A stretch of DNA of 64,000 bases. It comes from Psammoneis japonica (Eukaryota). Where the stretch lies: positions 396,182 through 460,181 of the forward strand of contig QPGO01000036.1 of assembly GCA_008632985.1 (NCBI GenBank), written 5' to 3'. The first letter of the stretch is position 1. Every line of letters starts with the position of its first letter. The notes beneath the pieces are model-generated. The model made no database searches, was not told the origin of the DNA, and saw nothing but the letters and a program-made list of their open reading frames with translations. Shown here in pieces: positions 14,272-25,293 of this stretch. Both the position numbers and the translations under genes were made by a program.

Positions 14272-16317
14272 TCATTTTTTATTCATGTCTTTTCGAAGGG
14301 CTCGTGCCACTTTGACGGCTCCATGACGGGCACCCAACAAGTTGAGGGCATCGGGTCCTAGGGCATGGGCGGCAAGGGATCCCAGAACAAAGCACCGTTG
14401 TCGCAAAGCTTGTTGCCACGCACGAGTATCATTGTCCTTGTCATTTTCCTTTGCTGTACCCCACGACAAGTCGTGGTCGTTCAATACCGGCAAGCCTCCC
14501 GCTACGGCAATGGGCAACTCTTGTCGGAGTGCCATCAACGCTGGATACTTGTCAAGGATGTTTTGGGCTCCGGTCGCCAGTATAATCCGATGAAAGCTAC
14601 CACTCAAAGGCGGTTCATCGTCATGCGCGGCACAAACACTACTGCCACCCTCATATGGATGATTGGTTTGAAACGAGACATGGAATTGACCATCCGTCGG
14701 ACACCAGTCCACCTGTTCGATACTGCTTTCTTCCAAAATCGAAATGGATGACTTGTCTTGCAAGGCCTGGACCATTTCGGGCGGGACACTTCCACCCTTT
14801 CGAGCTTGTTTGAGAAATGCCAGTCGTTGGTTGGACGACTCTTGCTTCCAAAATTTATCGAGACATTTGCCACGTTGCGGGCCCATCCACGCATTGTCCA
14901 AATCGAACTGGCGTTGGAGTAATTTGGACCGTTGCAGCAAGGTGACTTTTGTACTCTTATTGCATTGGGATGATGATGCCAATAACATGGCAACGTGGGC
15001 ACTCGTCAGACCGCCACCGACGACTAGAATGTTTTCCGACAACGACGTGTTGGTTTCCGTGGTATTAGTACTACACTCTTCCTCGTGTTGTTGCTGCTGC
15101 TGTCGTTGCAGTAGCCATGGCACAATTTCGTGTGCATGGAGAATCGCATCCGAAGGATAGGGTCGGGTGGAAATCATCGTACTGCCACTCTGCTGCTGAC
15201 AGGTATCTAAACGCAGACGTTCTCTCAAATCTTCTTCCCAATCGGGAATGCAGTCGGATTGAAACTGTGGACCCATGGCACAAACGACCCGGCGCGTCTT
15301 GACGCATATGGTTGAGGTCGGTGGTGTGCCGGTGGTGGTTGACGCCGATGATGATTCTTGTTGTTTTTCTTCTTCAGTCGTCGCCAATAGTTGCAGTTCA
15401 AAGTACGGCTCACCCTCCTCCTCTCCACCCTGAGAGGGCGGCGGAGGACAGGGGCGGATGGATTGTACCTGCACCTGACTGTGTACCATATCTTGAATGC
15501 CATAGGCCTTGGTGAGCAACTCATGGTATTCCAAAAACAATTCATTGGTGGGCACTTGGTAGGGTCCCTTGAAGGATTTATTTCGTTGCGTCAAGTGAGG
15601 CATTGTCACCAATCCGTAGTCATCCTGAATGGTATCGGAGTAGAGTTCGAGCGATCGGTGATCGTAGGGATCGCAGTGTGCATAGATGTGTGATCGCAAG
15701 TGAGGAATTTGGAAGGCTTGAAAGCCATTCTTCCAGTTTTGCAACCATCCGGTACTGGAACTGTTACTACCACTATCCTCCTGCTGTTGCTGCTGATCCA
15801 GCACCAAGACGGATGTGCGGAGCCGCACCAAGTCAACCGCCGGCGCTTCTTTGGAGGAATCATGATGAAATCCTTTATTCTTGCGATGAAGCAAGACACT
15901 AGTAGGGCCCTTGGAAAGGCGCTTCAGATGTTGTCGGACTTGTACGAGAGGTCTCATTTTGGACGTGTAGGCAGATATGGCGTGTCGCTGCTTGTCGGTC
16001 AAGAGGTCTGCGTCGGGCTCAAGCAAGCGCAAGACGAGACTCAATGCGTGCGGACCGGCGCCGATAATTACCAACTCTTTCATGTCCTCTTCTTCCATGC
16101 CATTGTGATTTGCGGTATTGTCATGCCCTGGTGCTTCCGTGGAAGTAGATGCATCTTTCTTTACAGCACTGCTTCTTTCTGTAGCACTAGTGAAAATCGT
16201 ACAACACTCGCAAATGGGAGCAGTCTGGTCTCGACAAGGACGAGACGAACGATCAGAGTCGTTGCTGCGCCGCCGCCTCCTGGACGAAGCATGGGACGGC
16301 GGTGGAAACTGCGTCAT
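14272..16317 (-). CDS. FAD/NAD(P)-dependent oxidoreductase (lysine/ornithine N-monooxygenase-like fold)
   Basis: Intact ~681-aa ORF with normal Tyr content. Two Rossmann motifs (VIIGAGPHAL, ILVVGGGLTSAH), IILATG, and C-terminal LGPDALNLLGAR. First ATG at 16317; the ORF track starts at a TTG at 16329. Confidence 0.8.
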   Translation of the reverse strand: MTQFPPPSHASSRRRRRSNDSDRSSRPCRDQTAPICECCTIFTSATERSSAVKKDASTSTEAPGHDNTANHNGMEEEDMKELVIIGAGPHALSLVLRLLEPDADLLTDKQRHAISAYTSKMRPLVQVRQHLKRLSKGPTSVLLHRKNKGFHHDSSKEAPAVDLVRLRTSVLVLDQQQQQEDSGSNSSSTGWLQNWKNGFQAFQIPHLRSHIYAHCDPYDHRSLELYSDTIQDDYGLVTMPHLTQRNKSFKGPYQVPTNELFLEYHELLTKAYGIQDMVHSQVQVQSIRPCPPPPSQGGEEEGEPYFELQLLATTEEEKQQESSSASTTTGTPPTSTICVKTRRVVCAMGPQFQSDCIPDWEEDLRERLRLDTCQQQSGSTMISTRPYPSDAILHAHEIVPWLLQRQQQQQHEEECSTNTTETNTSLSENILVVGGGLTSAHVAMLLASSSQCNKSTKVTLLQRSKLLQRQFDLDNAWMGPQRGKCLDKFWKQESSNQRLAFLKQARKGGSVPPEMVQALQDKSSISILEESSIEQVDWCPTDGQFHVSFQTNHPYEGGSSVCAAHDDEPPLSGSFHRIILATGAQNILDKYPALMALRQELPIAVAGGLPVLNDHDLSWGTAKENDKDNDTRAWQQALRQRCFVLGSLAAHALGPDALNLLGARHGAVKVARALRKDMNKK

Positions 16318-17424
16318 GGTTGTTGACAAACTGCTTGCTTTTTCTCATCAAAAAAGAAAAATTGTGTGATGAGAGCAGATTCAGAGCGAGCAGCGAGGGC
16401 ATAAAAGGCCTTGGAAGGCCATTGAAAAGGCTCCACTCAGGCTCTTCGGAGCGGCTCTTTAGAAGTCTGGGAGCATTCATCATCATTTGTTCATTGACAA
16501 GCATGATGACGACGACCAATGGAGAGATGGACGAAGATGTGCTCACAGAGCCGATGAGCAATGAGCGCACACATCACACGATGATCATTGTTGCCCTTGT
16601 GAGCAACAACAGTCACATGATGACACAGCCCTTTTTGTGAGAGTGTCTGGCTCTGTTTTCTTTGTTGTGCTGCTGGTTTTCCTCTCCTCCATGACAGAGG
16701 GGGGATCAGCACAGGTTTTGCATGGCTCCGTTGGGAGCTCCTGCAACTGATGAGGCACCAAACTGAGTGCATTTTGACCAACCTTCAGTCACCCGTTGCT
16801 TGGATGCCCCCCCCCCCGTGTGGCTCCCGCTGCGGTGTTTCCTGCAACCCCCCCCCCCCCTGAGGAGCTGAAGCATCAGTGCAGAACTCCTGAGTTTGAC
16901 TTTGCTTGCCATCCACAAAACAATGCAGATCACTTCCAGCTCTTCAATTCCTGCCTTCTGTCTGTGCTGAATTTCATGGGACTCTGCTCCTTTTCACCCA
17001 CAATGGATGCTCCAGCTTGACTCAACAGCAACAACAATTTCCGCTTGCATCTTCTCCCAAAAACTTTGTTTTCTATCACCTCTTTCTTCCCACAATTTTT
17101 TGTTGTTGCAACAGCTGCAAATGCATGACAAACAAATTTGGAGTCACCACAGACCCTCCCTTTGGTGGACCCAGCCAGCAGCATTTCTGTTCACTCCTTT
17201 GCTCCTTTGCCTGGCTTTGTTGTGTGCTCTAAAAACTTTTGGTTTCTGACACCTAAGTCTTCTCCAGAGTTTCTCCAAAACCCTGCTTTGAACATTGAAT
17301 GTTCTCAAATCAGCAACTCACTTGTGGAGCAACTGCTGCTGTGGTGCGTGGATTCACCGCCGGCGGCTCTTCAGGCCCCCAAATCCAAAGCAAATCTGCT
17401 CTGTGCAGAGGCTCTGCAACAGAC

Positions 17425-18400
17425 GAGCCTTGGAACACTCAACTGCTGTTCTCAAAGTGTTCCCTGGGTCCCACCAGGGACCCTTGGCACCCTCAACTTG
17501 CAACTGCTGCACTGGTCAGTGGCATCAGGGTGTTCTTTCATTTTTGAGTTGGCGGGAGCTTTTCAACTCTCACCCTGAGCATGGATGAAATGACTGCTGG
17601 GGGCACAGCTGCACCAGATGAGCCTTGCAACACTCAACTGCCATTTTCAAAGTGTCCCTTGGATTCCCCCAAAAGCTCTCAATGCCCTCAGCATGCAGCT
17701 GTTGTGATGGTCGACTGCACAAGGGTGTCCTTTCACTCTGGAGGAGTTGGGTGCCTCAGCTCTCAATCCTCTGGTGTGGACAAGTGACTGGGGGGCACAA
17801 ACTGCACAAGATGATCCTTTGCAATGCTGGGTGGCCATTCTCAAAGCAGTGTCCCTGGGTTCCATCAGAGACCCTCAATGCCCTCAGCCCGGGGTTGTTG
17901 TTTTGGTTGGAGGCATCAGGGTGTCCTTTCACTCTGGAGTTGGGGGCCTTGACACTCACTCTTCTGGTGGTGACAAAGTGACTGGTGGCCACAAATGTGC
18001 CAGATGACCCTTGCAACACTCCTCAGCTGCAGCTGTTGCAGCATTGCCATGAGGTTTTGCCAGAGACCCTCAATGCCCTGCTTGGCCAGCAGTTGTTGCA
18101 CACACATTGGTTGGCTGCATCAGGGTCTTCTTTGTTCACTCTGGAGCTGGGAGTTCTTCCAGCTCTTGTTGTGGTGTGGTTGAAGTGGCTGGGGGCACAA
18201 CTGCACCAGATGAGCTTTGAAACACTCAACTGCTGTTCTCAAAGTGTCACTTGGTTCATCCTGAGACCCTCAGGAGTGCTCTCAGCCTGCAGCTGTTGTG
18301 TCAGTTTTTGGCGGCATCAGGGTGTCCTTTCACTCCGGAGTGGGGAGTTTCAGCTCTCGTTCTGGTGTGTGGATGAAGTGACTGGGGGCCAAAACCACTC
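17425..18400. repeat. Degenerate tandem repeat, ~195-bp unit, about 5 copies
   Basis: Recurring blocks gagccttg(g/c)aacactcaactg...caaagtgt...gcatcagggtgtcctttcactctggagttg...gtgactgggggcaca, starting near 17425, 17620, 17813, 18006 and 18212. Confidence 0.8.
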
Positions 18401-18619
18401 TCCATCATGAGTCTGTGCCTTGACCAATGAACGCACACTTTGAACACCTGCTCACCTCATGGACTCTCAGAGAACACAGACAGATGGTGTGTTTCTGGTG
18501 CCCTCTGGCACCATGGTTGTTTTGTGCAGAAGTCTGTGCAGCAGAAATGTTTTTTTGCACATGCAGAAACATGCTAGAATCTGCAAGAGCACCACCAGAG
18601 CACATCACTCACACCATGC

Positions 18620-19360
18620 AACTCCTCTGGTGGAGCTCACATCAGGTGATGCGGGTGTCAGTCTCACATTGGATGTGGCCTCTCTCTGCTCAGGGGTGTG
18701 CAAACTCATCTTGCCATGTCAGAAAGCATGTTCATGGAATGACATGTCATGCTCAAAGCATTTTGATGCTGAAGTCATTTTGGCTCTGGCACCCAAGGGC
18801 ATGGGTGCTGTGTTGTGATTGGCAAGGCAGAAGCAACAATGATCAGGAGCCTTGGAGACAGCAATGATGGCTTTTCGCTTCAGCAACTCAATCACCCCAA
18901 AAATCCAAAGAAAGGAAAGGTCCATCGTGGGAAACAATTGGTCCTGAAATTTGGGAGTGTGCAGATGGCAAGGCAGGTGTTTTGGTGGTTTTTTTCAGCA
19001 AAAGAGGAGCTTCTGTTGTGGGGTGCAGTCAGCGCTTGAAGCCACTCAACCCGGCTCTTCAAATTGCAGCTGTGGAGCCATCCAAGTCAGCTGTTCTCAG
19101 TGATGGCAAGCCCAGCCCACACAAGATTCAAGGTGCAGTCATCCAAGTGTTGGGCAAAAGTGTTGCAGCCATGGCCAGGATGCTGGCCACCAACGAGGGA
19201 CTCTTTTGCTGAATTCCCAGCGAAGTGGCGGCAAGCAACAGCAGCCACTGATGTTGCCAAGCATCCTAAAAACAAGGGGAAGAGCGCGATTGTGGTGATT
19301 CCCATTTTTAGAGAATGCCACCTCAGCATGGCTCTGTTTCACAATGTGTGGGATGAAGCT
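18620..19360 (+). pseudogene. cysK: Cysteine synthase (O-acetylserine thiol-lyase, CysK-like) pseudogene
   Basis: Frameshifted pieces match CysK in order: VELTSGDAG (cf. IEPTSGNTG), FDAEVILALAPKGMG, IGKAEA, LQQLNHPKNP, LKPLNPALQIAAVEPSKSAVLSDGKPSPHKIQG, MARMLATNEGL, VAKHPKNKGK...IPIFRECHLSMALF (cf. PSFGERYLSTALF). Confidence 0.85.
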
Positions 19361-20708
19361 GTGTGGCACTCAAGGCAGAGTGGAAGTTTTGGTGATCAAC
19401 TCATTGTGTCTCCCAGTGCTGGTGATCAATTGCCACATGGTGTCTTGCCACAAGCAGTGCACATGTGCACTCCAACTGTGCCATTTCTTGTGCACACCAG
19501 TGGCAGCCCAGATTGAACTGGTCATTGCAAGCTGCCACAAGCAAAAGGATGAGAAACATGAGACCATTCTGGTGTTCACCAGCAATGATCCCCTGGCATG
19601 TCATCTCTTGAGCATCTTCCAACAGCACTGCCTCATTTTCCAGGCCTTGAAGCCATTTGCTGGTGTGCTTGGAGATTGCAACAGTCAAGATCAATGAAAT
19701 TGACAACAGTCCTCATGGCCAGACACAAGACACTTCTTGCAAATGTCAGCGCTTGGGGAACTCTACACATGCAAAGGATGTCCATTTGCAGCTGCTGAAA
19801 GATCTTGCAATGACGTGTCTTGAGGTCTTCCAATCACTCAAGAACAATGAGCTTGACATGGCTGTCATTCTTGCTGTTCAACAAGTTTTGTGTTTTGATT
19901 TGTGCTCATTGTTGTCCTTTCTAATGACTGCACTTTAACAAATCACACAGACTCGAGTCATGAGCCAACTTGTGAAGCACATTCTCAAGTTTGTAGAGGA
20001 CAGCATGGAAGATGCGCTTGGTGGTGGAGCACAAGGCGATCCCAATCATTTGCAGGTAAAATTGAATGACAGTCGGCATCTCTTGCTTCTTCATCAATTC
20101 ATGTCTCGTTTGCATTGTTCCTGGCACAAGCAGTGGTGGGCCAGGCATTGGAATCCCACCCCTCTACAACTCGGGTCAGTTTTGGGAGAGTGGGCCATGC
20201 GTGACACTGCTGCATGCAGAGCAGTTTTGGAAGACTGCTTTGCACTTTTCAAAGTGACACAATGGCAAAAAAACAGAAATAAAAATGCAGTGATGCTGTG
20301 TGCAATCCCGCATGAACTCGAAGATCAACGTTGGAATGTGGGAGCAGCAGTTCTTTCAGCGACTCCTCCACTGCCAGTCTTGTTCTCTCGTAGCCTGCTG
20401 CAAGTGAGTGTGCCAAATCTAAAGTTGTGAGAAAGGCAGAATCAATTCGACACACTTGTGGAGCTTTTCATGGGACGACTTTTCCTTTTTGGATGCACAC
20501 AGATGCTTGAGCCACGTCCACTGCCACTGGCAGTTGCTGACTGCTTTTCAATCATGTCCAGGACTTGAGCCAAGCAATGCCTGTCAGCATTTGCCAGAGC
20601 CACTCCACCATGTCCAGGTCAGACATGAGCCAAGTCAACTGCAAGGGGGGGGGCTCATGCAACTGAGTCCACGCTTTAGCATGAATGAGTCCACTGCCAG
20701 TGACGCGG

Positions 20709-21140
20709 TGCAGCATGCCTTGCCACTGGACAACACGGCGAGACCATGCACAAGCCCCTTGCATGTGGCAACGCAGTGTTGTTGACACGCACCTGGGAAG
20801 CATGACAACAGGAGGGCGTGGCTCCAGGTCTCAGGCAATTCCAGAAGGATGCTAAGAGAGCATCCGTGTGAAGCACACTGGCCCATCGTCTGGCCCACGA
20901 TGGCAGCGTGATTCCACACGATGACATCACTCGTGCACAGTGCATGATGGCTTGATTCGCACGATCCACAATGCGAACGCACGATCGATTTGATGCGATC
21001 CAAATGCGAACGAATGGGGATTTGGCAAGATTCCCCATTCACACGATCCCATTTTCTCTGCTCTAAACTAGCTCATAATTTTCACAACGACAAAGTTGCA
21101 ACACATCTTCTTTTTCAGCGCCTGGCACATGCACAGGGCA
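20709..21140 (+). repeat. 5' LTR (432 bp)
   Basis: Aligns without gaps to 24541-24972 with about 34 mismatches by manual alignment. Confidence 0.95.
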
Positions 21141-21235
21141 CAGTGGTGTTGCTCCCGCATGTTGTGCGAGGTGACGAAATCTACAGAAACAGAAACTGCG
21201 AAATGTTGGCAGGACCGACAAATCTTAAAACGACC

Positions 21236-22278
21236 ATGAAGAAGCAGATTGAGCCGCCGATTCCGTTCGCACGGCCGGAGAAGAAAGAGCTGCAGCAGGG
21301 CGAGCACCAGACGTTCAAGCTGCGTGACAACCCCACTGATCCGGACAGTCCAACGCACGAGATGGGCATTCCGCACCTTTCTACGGCTGCATGCGAGACA
21401 CTCCCAATCTTTCTTCGCAACGTGGATCGCGTGCACGAAGGACAAAACATCACGACCGGGCCAGCGAAATTTGCCCTCATGCGTGACCTGCTGCAGGGCG
21501 ATGCTCTGACGTCATTTAACAATGCCGCCGACAAGCAGGCATCTCAAACCAACGCCACGTACACAGCATGCGTTGCGAAGCTAAAGGAAAGCATCTTCCC
21601 ACATGGGGCGGTGCTGTTGCAGAAGCGTTGTCTGAGGCGCTTCATGCGCAAGCCCGCAGAGGTTTCTGCTCGTGACTACGTCGCGAGGGCTGTTGAAATT
21701 AACGGCTGTGTCTCTCAGTTTCCACCCATGACGGAGGATGGAGAAGCACCGGCACCATTGCCCAATGACAAACTGTGCGATGTGTTCGAGTGCGGTGTGC
21801 CGAACGCATGGCAGAAGTTCATGACGCTGCAGAATTTTGACCCGTTGGCACATGCTGTCGCGAATTCACACAGTTCTGCGAGCGCATCGAGCAGGTCGAG
21901 CTTGCCGAAGGTAACCAGGACCAACATGCCAAGGTTCCATGCAAGCGGGGACGTAGAACGGACAATCCTGAGTCGTTGATCACGACCCAACGGAACACCC
22001 AGAAGTCGTGCATGCTGCACAGGACTGACTGTGGACATCATACAGAGGATTGCCGTCAGCTCAAGCACCACGTGAAATGTGTCAAGACTGGACATTCCAA
22101 TGACGGAGGCAGCAAGCCTGATGCAAAACCTCGGAATGAGGAAGACATCAATGCTCTCATCGGATCGAAGGTCGAGGAGTTCTTTGCCAACACTCAGAAA
22201 AAGCGCAAGGCACGCGAGGAGGAGCTTGATCACTTCCGCGACCTCAACTTGAGTGATTCCGAAGATTCGGACGCCTGA
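21236..22278 (+). pseudogene. gag: Gypsy gag-like ORF, frameshifted, with CCHC-like knuckle
   Basis: MKKQIEPPIPFARPEKK...LLQGDALTSF...QKRCLRRFMRKP..., then CMLHRTDCGHHTEDCRQL in the next frame. It sits between the 5' LTR and pol. Confidence 0.75.
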
Positions 22279-22410
22279 GAAGGGGGAAGACACGACACAG
22301 GCAGTTTTAATGCATCAGATGAATGCACGAATGAACAACTGAATTACCATCATACACGTGTTGTAGGCCAATCCCGCAAACGAGTTAAAAAGACTCATCT
22401 TGCTCCAATC

Positions 22411-24500
22411 TTGTTTGTGGCTGTGAATGCCAAACATGGCAAGGGCAAGACTCAAACCATTGAGGCACTGCTAGATGGTGGCGTCGTCGTGACGAAAGGC
22501 ACCTGTGAAGATCACCTCAACAAACTTGAAGAAGTTTCATTGAGGGTCCAGAAAGCAGGACTAAAAGTTAACGCAACTAAATCTCACTTCTGTCAAACCC
22601 AATTAGAACACTTGGGTTGTCTGGTCAACAGAGACGGAATGCGACCAACACCCAATGAAGTCGACGCCATTAAGCGAATCGCGACCCCAACCAACAAACG
22701 CGACCTGCGCTCATTTGTTGGCATGGTGAACTGCTGCCGCGACACGTGGATCAGACATTCTGAAGTCTTGGCTCCGCTGACACGACTCGTAAGCGAGACT
22801 GTCAAGTGGGAGTGGACGTCCGTTGAAGACGAGGCGTTCGAAACCATTAAACGGGTGACATCGGATGATGTTTTGTTGTCACATCCTGATTTTAACAAAC
22901 CCTTTGAGATGCATGCCGATGCCTCTAAATGTCAATTGGGAGCAGTCACATCCCAAAACAACAAACCTGTCGCCTTTTACAGCAGAAAGCTCAACAGTGC
23001 GCAATTAAATCATGCAACAACGGAGAGAGAATCACTCGCCATTGTGGAGACGTTGAAAGAATTTCGAACGATTCTCCTTGGTCATCGTGTGATTGCACAC
23101 ACTGATCATAAAAATCTCACGTGCAAAGTGTTCAATGCCGAGCGCGTCATGCGCTGGCGGTTGACATGCGAAGAATGTGGTCCCGAATTACGCCATGTCA
23201 AGGGCACCCACAACCCAGTCGCTGACGCTCTTAGTCGCCTTCGACTGACACCCAGCTTGCCTTCCGAGGCCAATCCGGATGTAAAAGACACTCCATCGAG
23301 TCATCCTTTGCATGAAGCTTTTAATGCAGACGTGCAAGATGAGACATCTCTGCCCATTGGCTTCAAGCGCATTCAAAAAGCACAACAAAAGGACAAGCGC
23401 CTGCTCTCACGAGCTGAGGACTCGTCCGACTGCTCCATTCGCGCGCATTGTGGGGGAGGGTCATCACGACAGTTAATCTGTCATAAGGACAAAATCGCAG
23501 CACCACAGTCATTGCAGGTTCTGCTAACTGAATGGTGCCACGAGACACTGTGTCATCCAGGTGAGACACGTGCGGAAATGTCTGTTGCCCAGCACTTCTG
23601 TTGGCCTGGCATGAGGTCTATGGTGCATTCTACGTGCGTCAAGTGCGATCGATGCCAGAAGACAAAACGCCGAATGCAGCATTGTGGGAAGCTGCCAGAA
23701 AAGGTCGCAGAGATAATTCCATGGGAGACTCTGTGCACAGATGTGACAGGGCCATGTAAAATTCAAAGACGCGGAAAGGACACTTTGCAATTGTGGGCAG
23801 TCACAATGATTGACCCAGCAACCGGGTGGTTCGAGATTAAAGAAGTGTCCACAAAATGCGCAGACGTCGCAGCAAACGTCGTGGAACAAACATGGCCATG
23901 CAGACATCCGTGGCCAACCCAGGTGGTTCATGACCGTGGGACAGAATTTATGGCAGAATTTAGCCAGATGATTAAAAATGACTGTGGGGTTTTGAAGAAA
24001 CCCACAAGTGAACGGAATCCACAGGCAAATGCCACAGTGGAACGTGTGCACCAGACACTTGGCAACATGGTGCGTTCCTTTTCAGTGCAGGACATGGAAC
24101 TGGACGAAGATGACCCATGGAGTGGCATCCTCTCCGCAGTGGCCTTCGCCATTGGAGCTGCGGCACATGCGACCACGCGTGCAAGTCCCATGCAATTGGT
24201 CTTCGGACGCGATGCGGTTTCATCCATTGCCCATCGTGCCAAGTGGAAGCACGTGGAAACCAGAAAGCAGAAGCTTGTCCACTTAAACAGCAAGCGTGAA
24301 AATCAGAAACGCAAGGAGTGTCAACACACCGCAGGGCAATTGGCACTTGTCAAACAGGAACAATCCTCTAAGTGCGGTTCTGACAGCTGTGCAGGACCCG
24401 CCAGAGTTGTCCGTGTGTGTGACAATGGCACGTTGCGTGTCCAGAACGGAGCACTGACAGATGCGTGCAATCTACGGCAGATTGCACCCTGTCACCAGCA
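22411..24500 (+). pseudogene. pol: Gypsy pol remnant (protease stub fused to RT thumb, RNase H, integrase)
   Basis: ALLDGG, LKVNATKSHFCQTQLEHLGC, FEMHADASKCQLG, AFYSRKL, HTDHKNL, NPVADALSRL, HxxxxH...CxxC, and integrase core (CTDVTGP, HDRGTEF, PQANATVERVHQTL). Confidence 0.92.
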
Positions 24501-24540
24501 AGACATCCTGTCACTTGACGGCCCTGATCATGGGGGAGTG

Positions 24541-24972
24541 TGCAGTGTGCCTCGCCACTGGACAACACGGCGAGACCGTGCATGAGCCCCTTGTGCGTGG
24601 CAACGTGGCGTTGTCAACACGCACCTGGGAAGCACGACCACAGGAGGGCGTGGCTCCAGGTCTTGGGCAATTCCAGAAGGATGCCAAGAGAGCATCCGTG
24701 TGAAGCACACTGGCCCGTCGTCTGGCCCACGATGGCAGCGTGATTCCACACGATGACATCACTCGTGCACAGCGCGTGATGGCTTGATTCGCACGATCCA
24801 CAATGCGAATGCATGATCGATTTGATGGGATCCAAATGCGAACGAACAGGGATTTGGCAAGATTCCCCATTCACACGATCCCATTTTCTCTACTCTAAAC
24901 TAGCTCACAATTTTCACAACGACAAAGTCGTGACACATCTTCTTTTTCAGCGCCTGGCACATGCATGGGGCA
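24541..24972 (+). repeat. 3' LTR (432 bp)
   Basis: Follows the polypurine tract, matches the 5' LTR, and is followed by the GCGG TSD. Confidence 0.95.
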
Positions 24973-25293
24973 GCGGAAGAGTCCCACCAATCTCTGTGTT
25001 TGCCACCCCAGGAACACTGCCACTGGAGGGTTTGCAGTGCGAGCCCTGAGATGGATTCTAATGGGTTGGGTGCGAAGCCATGTCACACACAAACAAGAGG
25101 CAGGGTGCTCTGCAAAGGCAGATGCTCAACGCAATTCGCAGCGCACTTTCCCACATGACAATGCACACTGCGACAGGAACAATCATGCCCGTCTGTGCCA
25201 CATGGGCCCCCAAGGCCTCACCTCCTGATGGAAGGAGCGGGAAGTTTTCCACAGTCACCTTCCATCCCACAAATCCAAGCCTCCATTCGTCCT

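Larger units (their letters stand above)
20709..24972 (+). mobile_element. Ty3/Gypsy LTR retrotransposon, complete ends, internally deleted (non-autonomous)
   Basis: Two 432-bp LTRs, each TG...CA. 4-bp TSD GCGG at 20705-20708 and 24973-24976. Polypurine tract GGGGGAG at 24532-24538. gag-like region followed by pol in the order RT-RNaseH-integrase. Confidence 0.95.

Noticed and set aside
17425..18400. CRISPR array
   Set aside because: Whole ~195-bp units are homologous, with no unique spacers and no cas genes, in a eukaryotic context.
21141..21160. Primer-binding site after the 5' LTR (cagTGGtgttgctcccg)
   Set aside because: The position and TGG fit, but the cognate tRNA cannot be assigned by eye in mutated sequence.
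20709..24972. Classical fungal RIP, or ADAR/APOBEC editing of the retroelement intermediate
   Set aside because: RIP creates TA rather than removing it. Editing of an RNA or cDNA intermediate would be strand-biased and would not explain DNA transposons or a cysK copy showing the same pattern.
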